From assembly GCA_028023455.1 (NCBI GenBank), contig JAQFVV010000003.1, positions 26,846,001 through 26,910,000 of the forward strand: a stretch of 64,000 bases of DNA. Reading direction: 5' to 3'. How positions within the stretch are numbered: the first letter of the stretch is position 1; each line of letters starts with the position of its first letter. The notes beneath the pieces were generated by a model, which was not told the origin of the DNA, ran no database searches, and saw only the letters and a program-made list of their open reading frames with translations. This DNA comes from Epiperipatus broadwayi (Eukaryota > Animalia > Onychophora). The position numbers and the translations under genes were made by a program. This document shows positions 1 to 14,250 of the stretch, in pieces.

Positions 1-1517
1 TATAATAAATTAATGTGTTTGCATATAAATGTGCAGAAAATTGTATATGTATATGATACAATCACTTTTATGTAACTATAATGTAATTTAACTAAAAAAT
101 TGTATACTCCATTAAAACAAAAATATTTAACATAAAAAAAAACTAGAATGTGGTAGATTATACATTTGAGATATGTTTAAATATATATATACAAATATTT
201 AAAAAAGATATAGTCACTTGAAGACATCAATCTAAATAAAACTTTTCATTTTTCATCTCAATTTTTTTTTATAATGAAAATTGATAATGTAAAATGCAAA
301 ATATATAATTCCTACATGATTTTAAATTAGCAGATTTTAAGCACCTGCTTTCCCATAGTTAAAAATATTAATAGACATTTTCTTGTGACATTTTGTTATT
401 ATTACACCAGTAATTGTAATTTAAATTTAAAAATTATAAAGTTATGTTTTTACTCATTTCCATTTTTTAAATTTAATATGTCTGATTGTACATTTTTGAG
501 ACAATGGATACATGGATTTTATTGTATATTTAAATTTATGAACAAATTGTGAAATATACTTATGTGATGTATTACTTTCTATACTTTGCAATTTAACCAC
601 TAAAATGCATTAAAATGTATATGAAAGAAGTTATTATAAACAATATATATGAATGTATGAAGAAATGCAAAGAAAGTAAAGGAGAAGAATAAGAGTATAT
701 ATCACTAAAATACTATCAAAACAGTATTAAAAAATATACATGAAAAATAAAATTTAAATTAATTCAAGAAAAGTGAGAATTTGATAACCAAATTTTAAAA
801 AATGATAATAAGAAATAAAAATTTATTGCAAAGTGAGTTGTAATGCATCGATTTTTAAATAATATGTTACTTTGTGCACCAAATGAAATTCTTTTCAATT
901 GGTTTAGTATTTTCTTTTAGATAGTTGATTCATAGTCAACCCAGCAAGCCACTCAACATTGGTCAGCAAGTGAATATCTAACTTATCTTTGCTGCAGAGT
1001 AAAAAAAAAAAAAGAAGAAAACTCCTCAAACTTTCACCACCCAGCAATTGGCAAGTCTGGTAAATTTTACCTTCTTTTTCACTGATAGGAGTTTTTGCCG
1101 TGCAGTGAGCTAGTTGATGTTGTTTTTTTAAAACTATTTTGTATTTTTATTTAATCCAAAAACAAGATTAACCATTTTTGTGTTATTCTACATTTTGCAT
1201 ATATATATACTAAAAGGTAACACACGGATGGAAAATCATAAATACTCTCATCACCTGGCAGTTAGCAAGAATTGGTGATTAACGTTGTCTAAAGTCACTA
1301 TTACTAATAAATAATATTTCGATAATTCATTAAATGGATAATCTCTAGTTTAATGAATGACTAATAAAAATTATTAATATGTTGTAATTGTTCCTGTTTA
1401 AGGAATATTGAATAAGTTTTTGTTCTGCAGCAGATTATTTGAAGAATACTTTATCTTTTCACTTATTCAAATTATTAATCGCTTCATTAGTGGCATTTAC
1501 TTTTCATTAAAAAAAAA

Positions 1518-1645
1518 GGTGTATCACCGGTATGAGCTGGCATGGATGGTTGAGGGTCGTGTGAAAGTCTGAGTTCAAACCCCCTATATATATTACATAT
1601 ATAAGTGCAGGTATGAAAAAGCCTATGCTGTAGGAAAAAAATTCA
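1518..1645 (+). mobile_element. Family B short copy
   Basis: GGTATGAG...GTGAAAGTCTGAGTTCAAACCCC matches 28440-28499 and 39840-39930. Flanked by 13-bp direct repeat CATTAAAAAAAAA (1505-1517, 1646-1658); low-complexity, so only a probable TSD. Confidence 0.6.
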
Positions 1646-4307
1646 CATTAAAAAAAAATAGAGAGAGAGAGAGAGTTGTAATTAAGAAAAGTATCTTCTA
1701 GTTTTATGTACACACGCGCTCGCGAAAATCTTTGTATATGTAAATAACAAAGTCTTAACCATTTAATAAAAATATATATATATTCTATTTCTGAGAATTA
1801 TTTTAGCATGTTATATGGAGGTTAAATATAAATTTAATTTTTAAAAAGTAATTAAAATTTGATATCAATTTTATTTTTCAATATAGTTATTATCTATACA
1901 TTAATGTTTAGCTCCAATGTTTCTCAATCTTTTTTTATGATGCACCCACTTTTTTTATCATATTATTTTTGTAAAGCCCCCTTTAATTGTTTAATAATGT
2001 GAAATTAGTTTCCTTTTAAAATAAGTTAAACATATATTAAGGATTATTTTATTCTTGTGGGCTGTTAGGTCGGCAAAGCCGAGGAGACATAAGTGTAAAA
2101 GGTACTAAGATGTAATTAAAGATCTAAAATCCTAACTGAATACATTTTTTGCTATCAATTATTTTCATAACTGATTTTAATGGAAACAGTAGCTTAGAAA
2201 AACCAAGTTTACACAAGCAAGATAAATTAAGATTTTGTTTTTATTTTTTTAGTTTAACTATTAAAAGTTCCAAAACATGTGAGAATTAATATAGATCATC
2301 AAAAATCCATGGACCTCTATTTTACACTAAATAGTTTATATATTTTTATCATTATTTACTTAGTATAAACTTGTTGTATTAGTTAATTGTAAAAGCAAAA
2401 AAAAATTATTATTTTAAGTAAAAACATCCCATCAATATTGCAACACTATAATAAAAATAGACTGTTTTGTGACAATGACAAAAGTTGTAAGATTATTTCT
2501 TATTTATAAGACCATATTAAAAACTATTTGCTAAATATTTTTGATTTGAGTGGTGCCTACTATATAGCATTTTAAAACATAAATTACTTTTTTAATGATT
2601 GAAACCTACTTTAATTTTTTTAACCCTGTTAATATGAAGCTTGATTTACTACATGAATATTTGTTTGAGATGATACTAATAGTCCTTATACTTTAAATCA
2701 CTCATTGCCTTTAAAGTTATTTTACTGTCATATGTTGCCATTTGATGATAGAAAACAGAATTAACTTAATACTAATGTATTAATTTTTTTTTTAAATCTG
2801 AATTTTTAATAAACAGCAGAGTCAAGTAATTTAATTCAGTCTCCACATTTTGATGGATTTATTTCTTGTAATTTGATGTCAAGAGCATTTGTGAGATTAC
2901 TTTAAGAAGATTTTTGGAATTTTACAAAAAACTGATTTTTTTACATAGTTTATTAAAGATTCATAATGAATTTAAACAATAATTGTATAATAATTATTAA
3001 AAGACAAAAGTATATTATGATTACACTTTCATTTTATATGTATATTTTATTTTAAAACATTCCTGTGTAACAGTAACAAAAAAAACACAGCTGATGTGAT
3101 AATCATATCTTGTGATCTGCAATGATTACAAACACCATATTAGTATCTTATGAAATTTTCTAAAAATTATAAATGCAATTTTGAGGACTTCACATTTATT
3201 CATTTCTGTTTTAAAAATAAATTTCAGTCAATGAGGATTTCATTGAATTTTTGGAGTCATTTGCTTGGCTATTTTTCTGCCCTCTGTCAAATGATAAAAA
3301 AAGTTCTTTGTTCTCACTCTGTTTATTATTAATTTTTAAATATTTGAAAAGTATGAATTATTTTTTTTTAAATGATTTTTTGTTTGTAAACTTATATTTC
3401 TAACAAATCATAAATATCTGATATAGTTAATATTAAAATCAAATGTCAAACATTGACAAAATTGCCACCAGGGCTAATAATAGAAAATATCAACCTATTA
3501 GAGAGATAAAGTAAACAATTTTTTATTCATTATCAATAGAAATCATCTTATACAATCTTTTTTTTCTAAAAAAAAAAAATAGTCATATGAAACATTGTAC
3601 TAAATATTTTTGATTTGACCAATATATATGGAGAACTTTTAAAAAAACAAACTGATTTTTCATTATTGTGAATTTAATGGCCTCTAAAAACATTAAAATT
3701 ATAATGACATGATAGCATTAACATTTTAAAAGTCATGTCAGTGAATAAACAACACACACATTATATCTGTATGTGTAAATTTAATATCCATTTATTCTTT
3801 TTTATATATTGATAAAATTATAAAAAATCAAACAAAAACACCTTTTTTGTTATTTTTTTTAATGCTTATCTAATTAAAATTAATCCATCTGACAGTTTTG
3901 ATTGCCCAGAAATTCTTCCTTAGAACTACAAGACATACATAAATATATGAATACAAAAATACTTAATCATATAAACATACAACAGCATTATATCTACTTG
4001 TAAATGACTCATTTCTTTGCATATATGTATTACCTATATCAACATATACACATATATGCATACATCCAATATATATATATTCGTCAATTATACAACACAT
4101 ACATACATTATTCCTATCTATATAAAATATATAAATAAATACCATCTTCAATAATAAAAATACTTAATGATATAGATGTAGTATAGATTTTGAGTAGTTC
4201 AATGTTTGTATATATATTTAAGGTATATATGTATTTGGTATAGATATATTGAAGGTGTTATAGGAATAATATGTGTGTAATATAATTGATGAATATATAT
4301 ATGGGAT

Positions 4308-5385
4308 AAATTTTTAATGAACATTTACATGAAATTCTTAAATGTGTGGAGTTATTTATTTAAATAAACTTAATTAGAAAACACTTAACCTAGAACAACT
4401 GCACCAGGCCAAGAGTCAAAGTAAACTGACAGACTGGTGCATTTAAAAGGAAGATTCCAAAAGAGGATTCCTCTTTTAAATGCCGCTAGATCTAATATAG
4501 AGATCAAAATACTGCAGTTTATATTTATAAGTATAAGTAATCAAAGCATAACAAACTTTTCAATTTTCTTACTATATAATAAACCTCTCCACTGACAGGT
4601 TATATATAGTAATACAATATTTTTATGAATGTTTGGATGGAAATCTTAAATGTGTGGAGTTATCTAGTTAAATCAACTTAATTAGAAAGCATTTAACTTT
4701 CTTTTGGATGCATCAGTCTATTAGTTTACTTTGACTCTTGGCCTGGGACATTGTTATAGGTTAAGTACTTTCTAATTAAGTTGGTTTAAATGGGTAACTC
4801 CACACATTTAAGATTTCCATCTAAACACCCACTAAAACTATTGTATTACAATATATAATCCACCAGTGTAGGATTTTATTATATAGTAAGAAAATTGAAG
4901 TTTGTTATATTTTGATTTCTTAATCTGTTAATGTAAACTGCAGTACTTATATTAGATCTAGAGTGGTATTTAAAAGAGGGATCCTCCTTTTGGATGCATC
5001 AGTCTGTCATTTTACTTTGACCTTTGGTCTGGGGCAGTGCTTTCTAACTAAATTGATTTAAATGAATAACTCCACACATTTAAAATTTTCATCTAAACAT
5101 CCATTAAAACTATTGTATTACAATATATAATCTACCAGCAAAAAGGGATTTATTATATAGTAAGAAAATTGAAAAGTTTGTTATACTTTGATCTCTTACA
5201 CCTATAAATGTAAACTGCAGTACATTGATTTTTATATTAGATCATGAGAGGTATTTAAAAGAGGATCCTCCTTTTGGATGCATCAGTCTGTCAGTTTACT
5301 TTAACTCTTGGCCTGGGGCAGTTGTTCTAGATTAAGTACTTTCTAATTAAATTGATTTAAATGGATAACTCACATTTAAGATTTC
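4308..5385. mobile_element. Family C: inverted arms of ~285-308 nt tandem monomers
   Basis: Left arm ~4310-4698 (AATGTGTGG at 4341 and 4649). Right arm 4701-5385 inverted (GGATGCATCAG at 4706, 4992, 5276). 13/14 direct repeat TATATAT(A/T)TGGGAT at 4294-4307 and 5386-5399. Confidence 0.75.
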
Positions 5386-5523
5386 TATATATTTGGGATG
5401 TATGCATAATATGATATAGGTGATAAGATATATGTAAAGAAATGAATCATTTACAAGTAGATATAATATTTTATGTTTATATGATTAAGTATTTGTGTAT
5501 TCACATATGTATATATGTCTTGT

Positions 5524-5564
5524 AGCTCTGATGAAAATTGCTGGATAATCAAAATTGTCAGATG
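5524..5564 (+). ncRNA. Decayed type I hammerhead relic (family D)
   Basis: CTGATGA at 5528-5534, imperfect stem II, CAAAA at 5550-5554 (CGAAA with CpG-type G>A), GTC at 5557-5559. More decayed mirror copy on the minus strand at ~3886-3927. Confidence 0.45.
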
Positions 5565-7759
5565 GATTTATTTTAATAAAATAAGCATTGAAAAGGTAAT
5601 AAGAAAAGTGGAGTTTTTTAAATTTAATATCCTGAAACTAATTGTCTATATTTAAAAAGCATCAGGTATTAGTATTTTCATTAATTTGTATTCTACATTT
5701 TATATATATTTACAAAATATTGTACTTTACCATGAATATAGTTCATTGTATATTCATTCATTCACAATGTCATTTGTCTCTCATTTGTTGTCTTTCTTTA
5801 TTTTGGATATAATTTAAAATGCATTCATTCTGATTACTGATTGATTCATCATTTAAGTTTTTATTATATTATTCAAAAAACAACAATCTCTAAAAAAAAA
5901 ATCTCAAGATATGGAAAAGCATGTATTTTGTGTCTTTGTTTATGACTAGTAAAACTTAAGGAGAAAATTTAATTGTTCTCATTTATATAAAATAAACACG
6001 AGATAAAATAAAATATTATTGCTTCCAAATATCTTAAATGGGTTTTCTTCATAAATATAGTTATAATTTGCATTCATGTAAGGATCTTGTTATATAATGG
6101 TTAGAGTATCTGTCTATTATTTCCATTTCTTAGTCTGGGTAAATCTTGGAATATTTTCAATCCATAACCAGAAGCTTTTACTCTCTAATTCAGGAAAATT
6201 AGACACCCATTTAATGACCAGTCATTGGATGGTCTAGGTTGGATATATTAATTTATTTTATTAAAAAAAACATTTAGATATCTATTCAATTAATGATTTT
6301 TGGTGTTTATATTTGTTGTACTAATTTATTTTATTAGAGTTTTATTTCATTACAAGAAGAAAAAAATGTGATAAATCTATGTTATCTTTTTATGCTGTTT
6401 GATATTTTTTGAGATCAAATTTAATAATATAACAAACCCTTAGAATACAATTGTTTTGTTTTTTTTACATCTTCTTGAGTTTTTTGAGGATCAATTTTTT
6501 TTTATTTGTAAAAAACAAAGAAACATAAGTGTCAACACACCTCTCACATCTTTTTGAGAAGTAATGTGTATAAGAGTGATCTTTGTATGAAAATACACTG
6601 TGTGAGAATTGCCAAAAGCATAATTACTTGATGAATCTGTTATTCCAGACAGTTTATGCCATATACTAATTATTTCTTGTGAAAGATTTCTTTTCTGTAT
6701 GTTGATCAGTGAGTAAAAAAGAAGAAAATTATAAATGATTGTTTCAAGATATTATTAATTTTTTTATAAAAAATAAAATCAAAATAGGACCTTGGATTAT
6801 ATTAGCTGACCTATAATTATGTATACCAATTTGAGTTTCAAATAAAATTTATTTATTTGTTTTTGTTTTTTTGTTTTTTTTTTGTCTGGATAAATATGTA
6901 TGAAGAAGAATTCAAACAAAGGGATTGACTTTTTACCATGATATTAATGAACAATTTATCATGTGGTTTCAACATTTAATTACTCTATCTCTGAAAGATA
7001 CCTTAAGCATTCAATGTTCTGAAGCCATATTTACAGATGAAGCTAGCAATGTGTTCTGCTGGTTTAAAAATAACTATACATGGCAGAGGTTGCATATATA
7101 AAGTAATATAGAAGATCACTCTTCAACATTATATAGTATACATGTAATTCAATTCAAATGAAGATCAAATGTGATTAAAATGTCATCTAGATTTGATATG
7201 AAAGATAATGTTTATAGTTAGATGAATATTCATAGGCATGCGAATTGTTGATGAACAATGAAAAGAATAGCAGCTAGCCAGTAGTGAGATGAAACTAATG
7301 TTATTTTTAAGTACATATATGTTTGTATTTTATGTGATTAATCTTTATTTAAAATTATTCACAATATTGTCCTGTTGTATGAATTGAAGTTTTAATCAAT
7401 ATCAGTAATAACAGATTTTTAAAAAACTGATTAAATTATTCTAATAATCTTTATTCTTTTATATTACTTTTCTTTCCCAGTCTTTTTATAGTATTATTAT
7501 ACATTAATGAACACAATTCTATAAAATATGTATAACATTTGCATGATATACAATAAACATATACATTTTTTTTTCTATTACATAAATCTTAAAAATATAT
7601 TTAAAGTTTAAATGGTTATTAATAACACACACACATATATATGATTCCAATTGCTAAAAAATTGTTAAATGTGAATAGTACAAGACAATAAATTTGTTAT
7701 CTCATGTTTCAAAAATATTATTGAGAATTTTAACTCAAATTTAAGGGAAAGATGGAATA

Positions 7760-8770
7760 TTATATTGGAAAAGAATAGTTTGGTTTTTAGAGAGGGAAAA
7801 ATACAAGAGATTTTATTGTTGTTGTTAGAACAATTGCAGAGAGATATATTGAAGGAGATAAAGGAATTAATATGTGTTCTGTGGATTTGATAGAATACTC
7901 TGGAGTAAACTTATAATCATCTTGGAAAAATAAATAAATATTGTGGAAAGAGAAAGATTAATTTGGAATTTGTATACTGGGCAAAGAATAAGAATAAGAT
8001 TAGAGAATGAGACTGAAGAAGTCTTGTGATTTTTAATGTTTATTTAGAAGACATGTTAAATAAATGTTTAGAATGTGGAGAAGATAATACTGGAGATAGA
8101 ATAAAATGCATGTGATTTCCAGATGATATGGCTCTTATAGCTCTGGATGAAAAGAATCTCCAGAATGTTAACAAATTGGAGGTAGGTATGGAATATAAAA
8201 TGAAGATTAATGTTGAGAAGACCATGTGTTTATGGACAGAAAGGAATACAGAAATATTATAAATTGATATTCGTAATAGTATAATTCAATGGGTCAGTGA
8301 ATTTAGGTATTTGGGTAATTGTTTGAGTAAGGATGGAAGAAAGAAAATGAAGTTAAAAGAAAAATAATATTGACAAATGAGGTATTTAGTAAAAGAAAAT
8401 AAATATTTTATGAATCTTTGAAGAAAGATTTAATGAAAATAATTAATCAAGTGCTTTGCACTGAGTGTATTATAAGATTGTGAACATGGATAATGACTAA
8501 AGAATTGAAAGCATATTTTGAGATGTGGCCATAGAGAAAATTAGTTGGTTAAATAAAATGACAATGCAGAAAGTTTTGGGAAATGAACAAAGAAAATTGA
8601 TTGAGGAAACTAGAAATAGAAAGAGAAACTGGATTAGACATATATTAAAAAGAAAGAATAGTTTAATGAGGGATATTTGGAGGGAGATAATATAAGAGAT
8701 GGGAAGAAATATATGGAATTGAATATTTGGGAAGTGAACAGAACAGAATGAAGAAATGGATAAATTAGCT
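7760..8770 (+). mobile_element. Decayed RTE-type LINE, RT domain to C-terminus
   Basis: *FGF at ~7777; IKCM*FPDDMALIA from 8101 (RFADD motif with CGA>TGA); MKINVEKT; EFRYLG at 8299-8316; RKRNWIRHILKRKNSLMRDI near 8620-8680. Many stops and frameshifts. Confidence 0.85.
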
Positions 8771-11005
8771 GTATGACTTTTCTCTGGAACTATCCATAGA
8801 ACAAAATGTACTGATGTTGTATATATTTTCATTACATTCTTGAATTTAATACTCAAGTATAATGTTTAATTATAATGTTCAATATTTTAATAATAACAAC
8901 CAGTTAGACTGATCTTTTAACCATATTGATACATTTGTTAATATTTTCTTGAATATACAGTATAACATTTAATTATTCTTTGTGTAATAATAGTTTTTTA
9001 TAGGGCATTCAATTAGATGATTGAAATAGTCCAAAATATAACTATAAATCCTATTTTGCTACATTTTATTATTAATATTCTTAACATATTTCAGAACTTT
9101 TTTTTTTTTGCAATCTATTTTAAATTTCATATTTAAAAAATATTTATATAGCTCTGTTTTTTTTATATATTTATTGCTCTACCATGCTCTTTTTCGATCT
9201 TTTTTTATTGACCTATATAAAACTTATTATGTTATGTGCAATCAATTTTATAAACTATTCTTGTTTTATATATAATGATTTATTAATCTTTAGTAATGCT
9301 TATTAACTTCTTTCTCTATTTTAATTTTGCATTTTCTTTCCATATTTTTTTATTTAGTTTATATATATTTTTTCATTGAATAACATATTGTAAACCTTTT
9401 TTCTTACTAAGTTTTTTTTATAATACTTTTTTTCTTTTTATATTATTATTATTTAAAATCTTATTAATATCTTGTCTTTTATAATTGTCTTTATCATGCT
9501 TATTTTCAACTTCTTTATTATTTAATATTAATTTTTTTTAAGTTACTTTTTTTTATTATTTTAATAAAGATGACAAACAATGATTCCTTTTTTCTTTAAT
9601 ATATTGTTTTTAACTCACTATTCTTATACCTTTTTTTTTCTATAAATATATTTAACTATTTTATTCCATTATTTGCTTTCTTCATTGTAAGCATACTAAA
9701 TTTTAATATTGTTTAATTAATTAAATGCATTTATTACAATTCCTTTATTTACCATTACAATGATATCGCCCATATGTATACAATATTTTATCATTTTGGT
9801 TTTATTTACATATTTATCTATTACTTTATTTTATGTGTAATGGTATTGATAACTAGTCTATTTATTGAATAACCAATAATTCAGCCATTGTTACCCCATT
9901 TTTTTTATATTGAAAATATAAAGTATCGCTAATAAATAATGAAGATTTTTTTTATGTGAATTTTTTTTTTCTTATATTATTAATACTGCTTTAATATTAT
10001 CTTTTCTTGATATACTTTGATAAATCTTTTTTACATAAAAAAAAGCAATAACCCCTTTTCTATTTACTTTTGACTTATATATATATTGTAACTTGCAATT
10101 GATCAGTTCCTTATTAACTATCGAAAGCCAACACATTGTGCAAGCCAAATCTGAAAATGTAATGTTCCAAAGGGTGACGTGACCAAGCAACCATAAAATA
10201 AAGTGTAGATCTAAACACAAGTCTAAATCAATACAAGAACTCTAATGCATTAAATAAACATAGAACATAAAGTAAGTCCTCTTATAGGCTAAGTGCATGA
10301 TAACTAAATAAGTCCTCTCATAGGCTAAGCACACAGTAATTAATACATTATTTTACAAGATGTGGATAGACTAATGGTTGATTGATAACCCATTGTTATA
10401 TTCTACAAATGATAATAATCAACAATAATAATAATCTCGGGTTCTTAAATATTACATAATTCAGTTGTAAAGAATACTAATTTTGCAATGATAATCTAAA
10501 ATAAAATAATTTAGGTTCTTTTAACTACATAGCAGGGATAATAGCAATGAGACTCTTATTTTTCTTAATATCTTGTCAACACTTTCTTCTTTTAAAATAA
10601 AGTATAGATTTATCTAAAGATGGATTTAAATATAATATTGGCTAGCAAAATTAACTTTTATTTTGGTTCTTATGTTACCAGCTAAATAAAATCAAGTTTT
10701 CTTAAAATCTAAAAGAATTATCTAACAATAGCGAAGCTAAAGTGATGCAATAGGTAAAAGGGCATTTTGTTGTACCAAACACATCACTATGCACTCTATC
10801 AACAATAGCATCAATAAAATAATCTTATATAAATCTAATTGCATATATAATAAATTGCATGAATTGTATTTATGTGACAATTTCAAAATAATATGTACTC
10901 TTATATGCATTTCAAACACTTGCATTATTTAAATGGATGTTCTGATGTATGAATGTGACACATGGAGAACAGACACAGAAACGTAATTAAAGAATAAAAT
11001 AAATA

Positions 11006-11011
11006 TTTATT
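11006..11011 (-). promoter_or_regulatory. Candidate polyadenylation signal of the putative minus-strand gene
   Basis: AATAAA on the minus strand followed ~25 nt downstream by GT-rich TTCTGTGTCTGTTCTCC. 11.0-12.7 kb looks like T-rich 3' UTR on the minus strand. The hexamer is common by chance here. Confidence 0.25.
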
Positions 11012-12689
11012 ACAAAGACTAAATATATTTTCTTTAGTTTACAATAAATAAAAAAATATTTACTACTACTATTTACAAAAAGTAAACTAAAAAAACCTTT
11101 GCATCACTTAATACATAATTTAGATAAAATGCACATATAATATACAATGTCCATAATATATTTTAAGTTCTACAAATAAATAAATAAAGAGCAACCTCCT
11201 ACAGTTTGAATTTAATAATCAGTGATACTTACTAAGGTTAATAAGTGCATCTGGAGATATTAATAATATAATTGTAGCTAGTAGTTTAATAAAATATATT
11301 TACATTGAAATTAGTATATAATTTCTTAATATATAATTTATAATTTAGATAATCGAATATAAAGAAGTACATTGTATTAGTCTTAGATAAACAAAGCTGA
11401 TGGAATAGAAAAATACAAACTTAATACTTTACTCAACACACAATCATTTGAAATATCTGATAAGGACTAGGGGAATATAATCACACAAATGCCTGTTATA
11501 ATACAGAAATTGGAATATCTAAATATTTATGAGTGACAGTGGTGAGAAAACAAACCTATACTAAAGTGGGCAGAGCAATACTGGTTCAATGGTACACGCA
11601 TGTGTCCCATTAGTATCTACTGCTAATGTAAGGAAAGACCTAACAAATAATATCTAAATAAAATAAATCACCAACATAGTTGCCACAAGAAATACATGAT
11701 TATAAGCAGAAATAGCAATAATGAAAAGAAAGGCATTGAGATAACAATTAAATGACATACCTTAAACCACATCTACTCATATTTATAAAGTACATAGCAA
11801 AAATATACTCAAGAGACCGATACTAATGTTTACATGAAAGATAAATAGTAATTAATTTTAGGGTTATGATAATAATAGAAATTATATACAAATCCAAGGC
11901 AAAATGTATAATATATATCAAAGTAATAACTTTGTTCTTATAGATGCTTTTAAAACATACATAAATCCCCCATTGCAATCTCTCAAAATAATATAAATAT
12001 GAATACAATCATTTGTATACACCACCTTTAAATACAGGGTTATATCTTTTAGACATACCTGAATAAAAAATATAAAATGAGATTGACAAATATTAATTGC
12101 ACATAGCATTTTGAACATTATACTAGAAAAATATAAAAGACAAAAAAAAAAATTAAGCGGTCTTTTTTTTGGGGAATAAAATGATTTTCCCCAATTGCAA
12201 GTTTGATTACTTCCATTACCATTTATCTTGTTTTTTATTTAAGAGTACATTTCAAGAACGATTCTTAATGATTATATATTTACCCTTGGTAGAAGATTGG
12301 AGATTTTCTGTAATAAAGAATTTGTGTTTGATAAAATAATACAGCAGGATGATTTTTCTTTGAAATATAAAAAAAATCATATTGACTTTATAAGGAAAGG
12401 TTTTTATCAACATATCATAACTTTACAAAGATCAAAGAGATCACTCAAATTAAAGAACAAATTGAATGTATCTCACAATAAAACATGTATCAGAGTTGCA
12501 TCCAAACAAAAGGAGCTTTATATTTTATATAGGCAAACTATAATCATGAAAGGTATGTTATAAATGCACAACATAAATAAGTTGTATTAAACAGGTTGCA
12601 AATATATATCAGAGTGGATGTATAAATATGACACATCCATTATAAATTAATACGTATATCCAAATGTAGTTATTTTCCAGAATCCGGTA

Positions 12690-12719
12690 CTATAAAGTAA
12701 AGCATATATTCGAATACAG
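12690..12719 (-). CDS. Candidate terminal coding exon (LYSNICFTL*)
   Basis: Acceptor TTGCTTATTTTATAG; phase 0 matches the 14183 candidate donor; local CpG retention. Confidence 0.2.
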   Translation of the reverse strand: MYSNICFTL

Positions 12720-12834
12720 CTATAAAATAAGCAAGATATAATAAATATGAATTCTTAATTATATTTTATAATGAGTGATAAACACCTTGGCCATAGATTA
12801 ATCAAGTAAAATCACTATAGTCCATAGCATAACA

Positions 12835-13090
12835 GTGCAATCAGTTTCTAATTTTAGATAAAAGATTATAATAAGACTGAATAAAATTGAAAAAGTTTGC
12901 AAGGTAATAAGACATATAATACCTCAAATTGCATCATCAAAGTTTCAACTCCTGTCTCCATAACTTTGTGCAATAAGTTTCTAATTTTAGATAAAAGATT
13001 ATAAGACTGAATAAAATTGAAAAAGCTTGCAAGGTAATAAGACATAAAATACCTTGAATTGCATCATCAAAGTTTCAGTTCCTGTCTCCA
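12835..13090. repeat. 133-bp tandem duplication (2 copies)
   Basis: GTGCAA...CCTGTCTCCA at 12835-12960 and 12968-13090, with a few substitutions and one small indel. Confidence 0.95.
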
Positions 13091-14182
13091 CAGTAAAGTT
13101 GCCTTCCTTTCCTCCATTTGTAGAAATTTAGAGAGATTAAAGTAAAATAGCACAATTTGAGAAGAGATTGTCTGTTCTGTTAAGTTTCCTTTTTAGCAGC
13201 ACATGTTGTCTTTTCCTCCAAAACAATTAAAACTTACTCAATTTGGTTATAGAATTCAGCAAGCAAAATAATATTAATATCACCAATTTATAGTGATGAT
13301 GAAGAAGGGACCATTATGCTTTCAAAACTGCCCCTTTTATACTCATTTTTAGAATAACATATGATTCCAATTGGGACAATTAACAGAAGGCAGGTTGTTA
13401 CAATTGACAGGAATCTAGAACATTTGTACCAGAAATGATTTACATATAATTTGAATAAATACAAAGAAAAGTGATTTTAAATGCTTTTTTGAAATACAAT
13501 TATTTTTGTTAAATAAGACATTTGAAATTAAAGCTATCTAACTTTAAATAGTAACAAAAGATAAAAAAAAATTTTTATTTATTTATTTTTTCTAAGTAGA
13601 TAAATTTATGAAAGTTAGACTTAACTTCTCAAAATAAGTGTTTGGGGAGATAGCAATCTTGGTATTGACATATTCTTAAATAAATAAAGTACAATTATAC
13701 AGCTTTAAACACATAAAATAGAGCATTAAGTTAAGTTAATAGAGATAATACCAACTAGCCTTTTAGAATCATAATAAAAAAAAATTTTAATACTAGATTG
13801 TACCTGTATTTATTTTCTAGGCAAAATAAATGGTCACAATATATATAAAATCTATTATTTTTTCTTGATTCTGAATGTTATATTTACTATATCCTGTAAT
13901 CTTCACAATTTTATTAAGTATTATCTTTGATAAAATATTTAATTTAGTAAAATCACAAACCAACCTAACAGACATATTATCTTTATATAATTTAATTACC
14001 AAACACATGTGAATGTGTTTATAAAATAAAAATATAAAAATTTATCCTTTCCCATCCATTAACTGAATTTTTTTCATATAATTTAATAAAGTTTTACATT
14101 TTGCTTTAATCATACTTCTAGGGTAATTTATTATATTTTTCTATATTTTTATTGTACAGGTCGTACCTTATCATTCTGGTAC

Positions 14183-14250
14183 CTTTGGTTTGTTGAAGAT
14201 TACAGATTCGGAAAAATTACGGAAACGAATGAAGTCACTCACATACATAC
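14183..14250 (-). CDS. Candidate exon (G)MYVSDFIRFRNFSESVIFNKPK
   Basis: Acceptor TTTAATTTCAG, donor AAG|GTACCA, 68 nt, phase 1 to 0, several CpGs. A competing plus-strand exon (14160-14264) also fits. Confidence 0.25.

Larger units (their letters stand above)
3790..5618. mobile_element. Family D inverted (foldback) insertion with decayed hammerheads, hosting a family C insertion
   Basis: 3855-4152 is the reverse complement of 4247-4307 plus 5400-5618 once 4308-5385 is removed. Perfect 14-bp direct repeat TAAATTTAATATCC at 3776-3789 and 5619-5632. Confidence 0.7.

Noticed and set aside
930-1120. MITE relic (AAAACTCCT/AGGAGTTTT inverted repeat)
   Set aside because: Inverted match too short and no TSD.
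5255-5290. Minus-strand CTGATGCATCCAAAAGGAGGATCC as the family C hammerhead
   Set aside because: A9 is C in all three copies, GAAA is absent, and there is no stem I partner.
9060-9960. Strongly T-skewed tract as a functional element
   Set aside because: Low complexity with no periodicity or motif; likewise 15740-16400 and 43920-44160.
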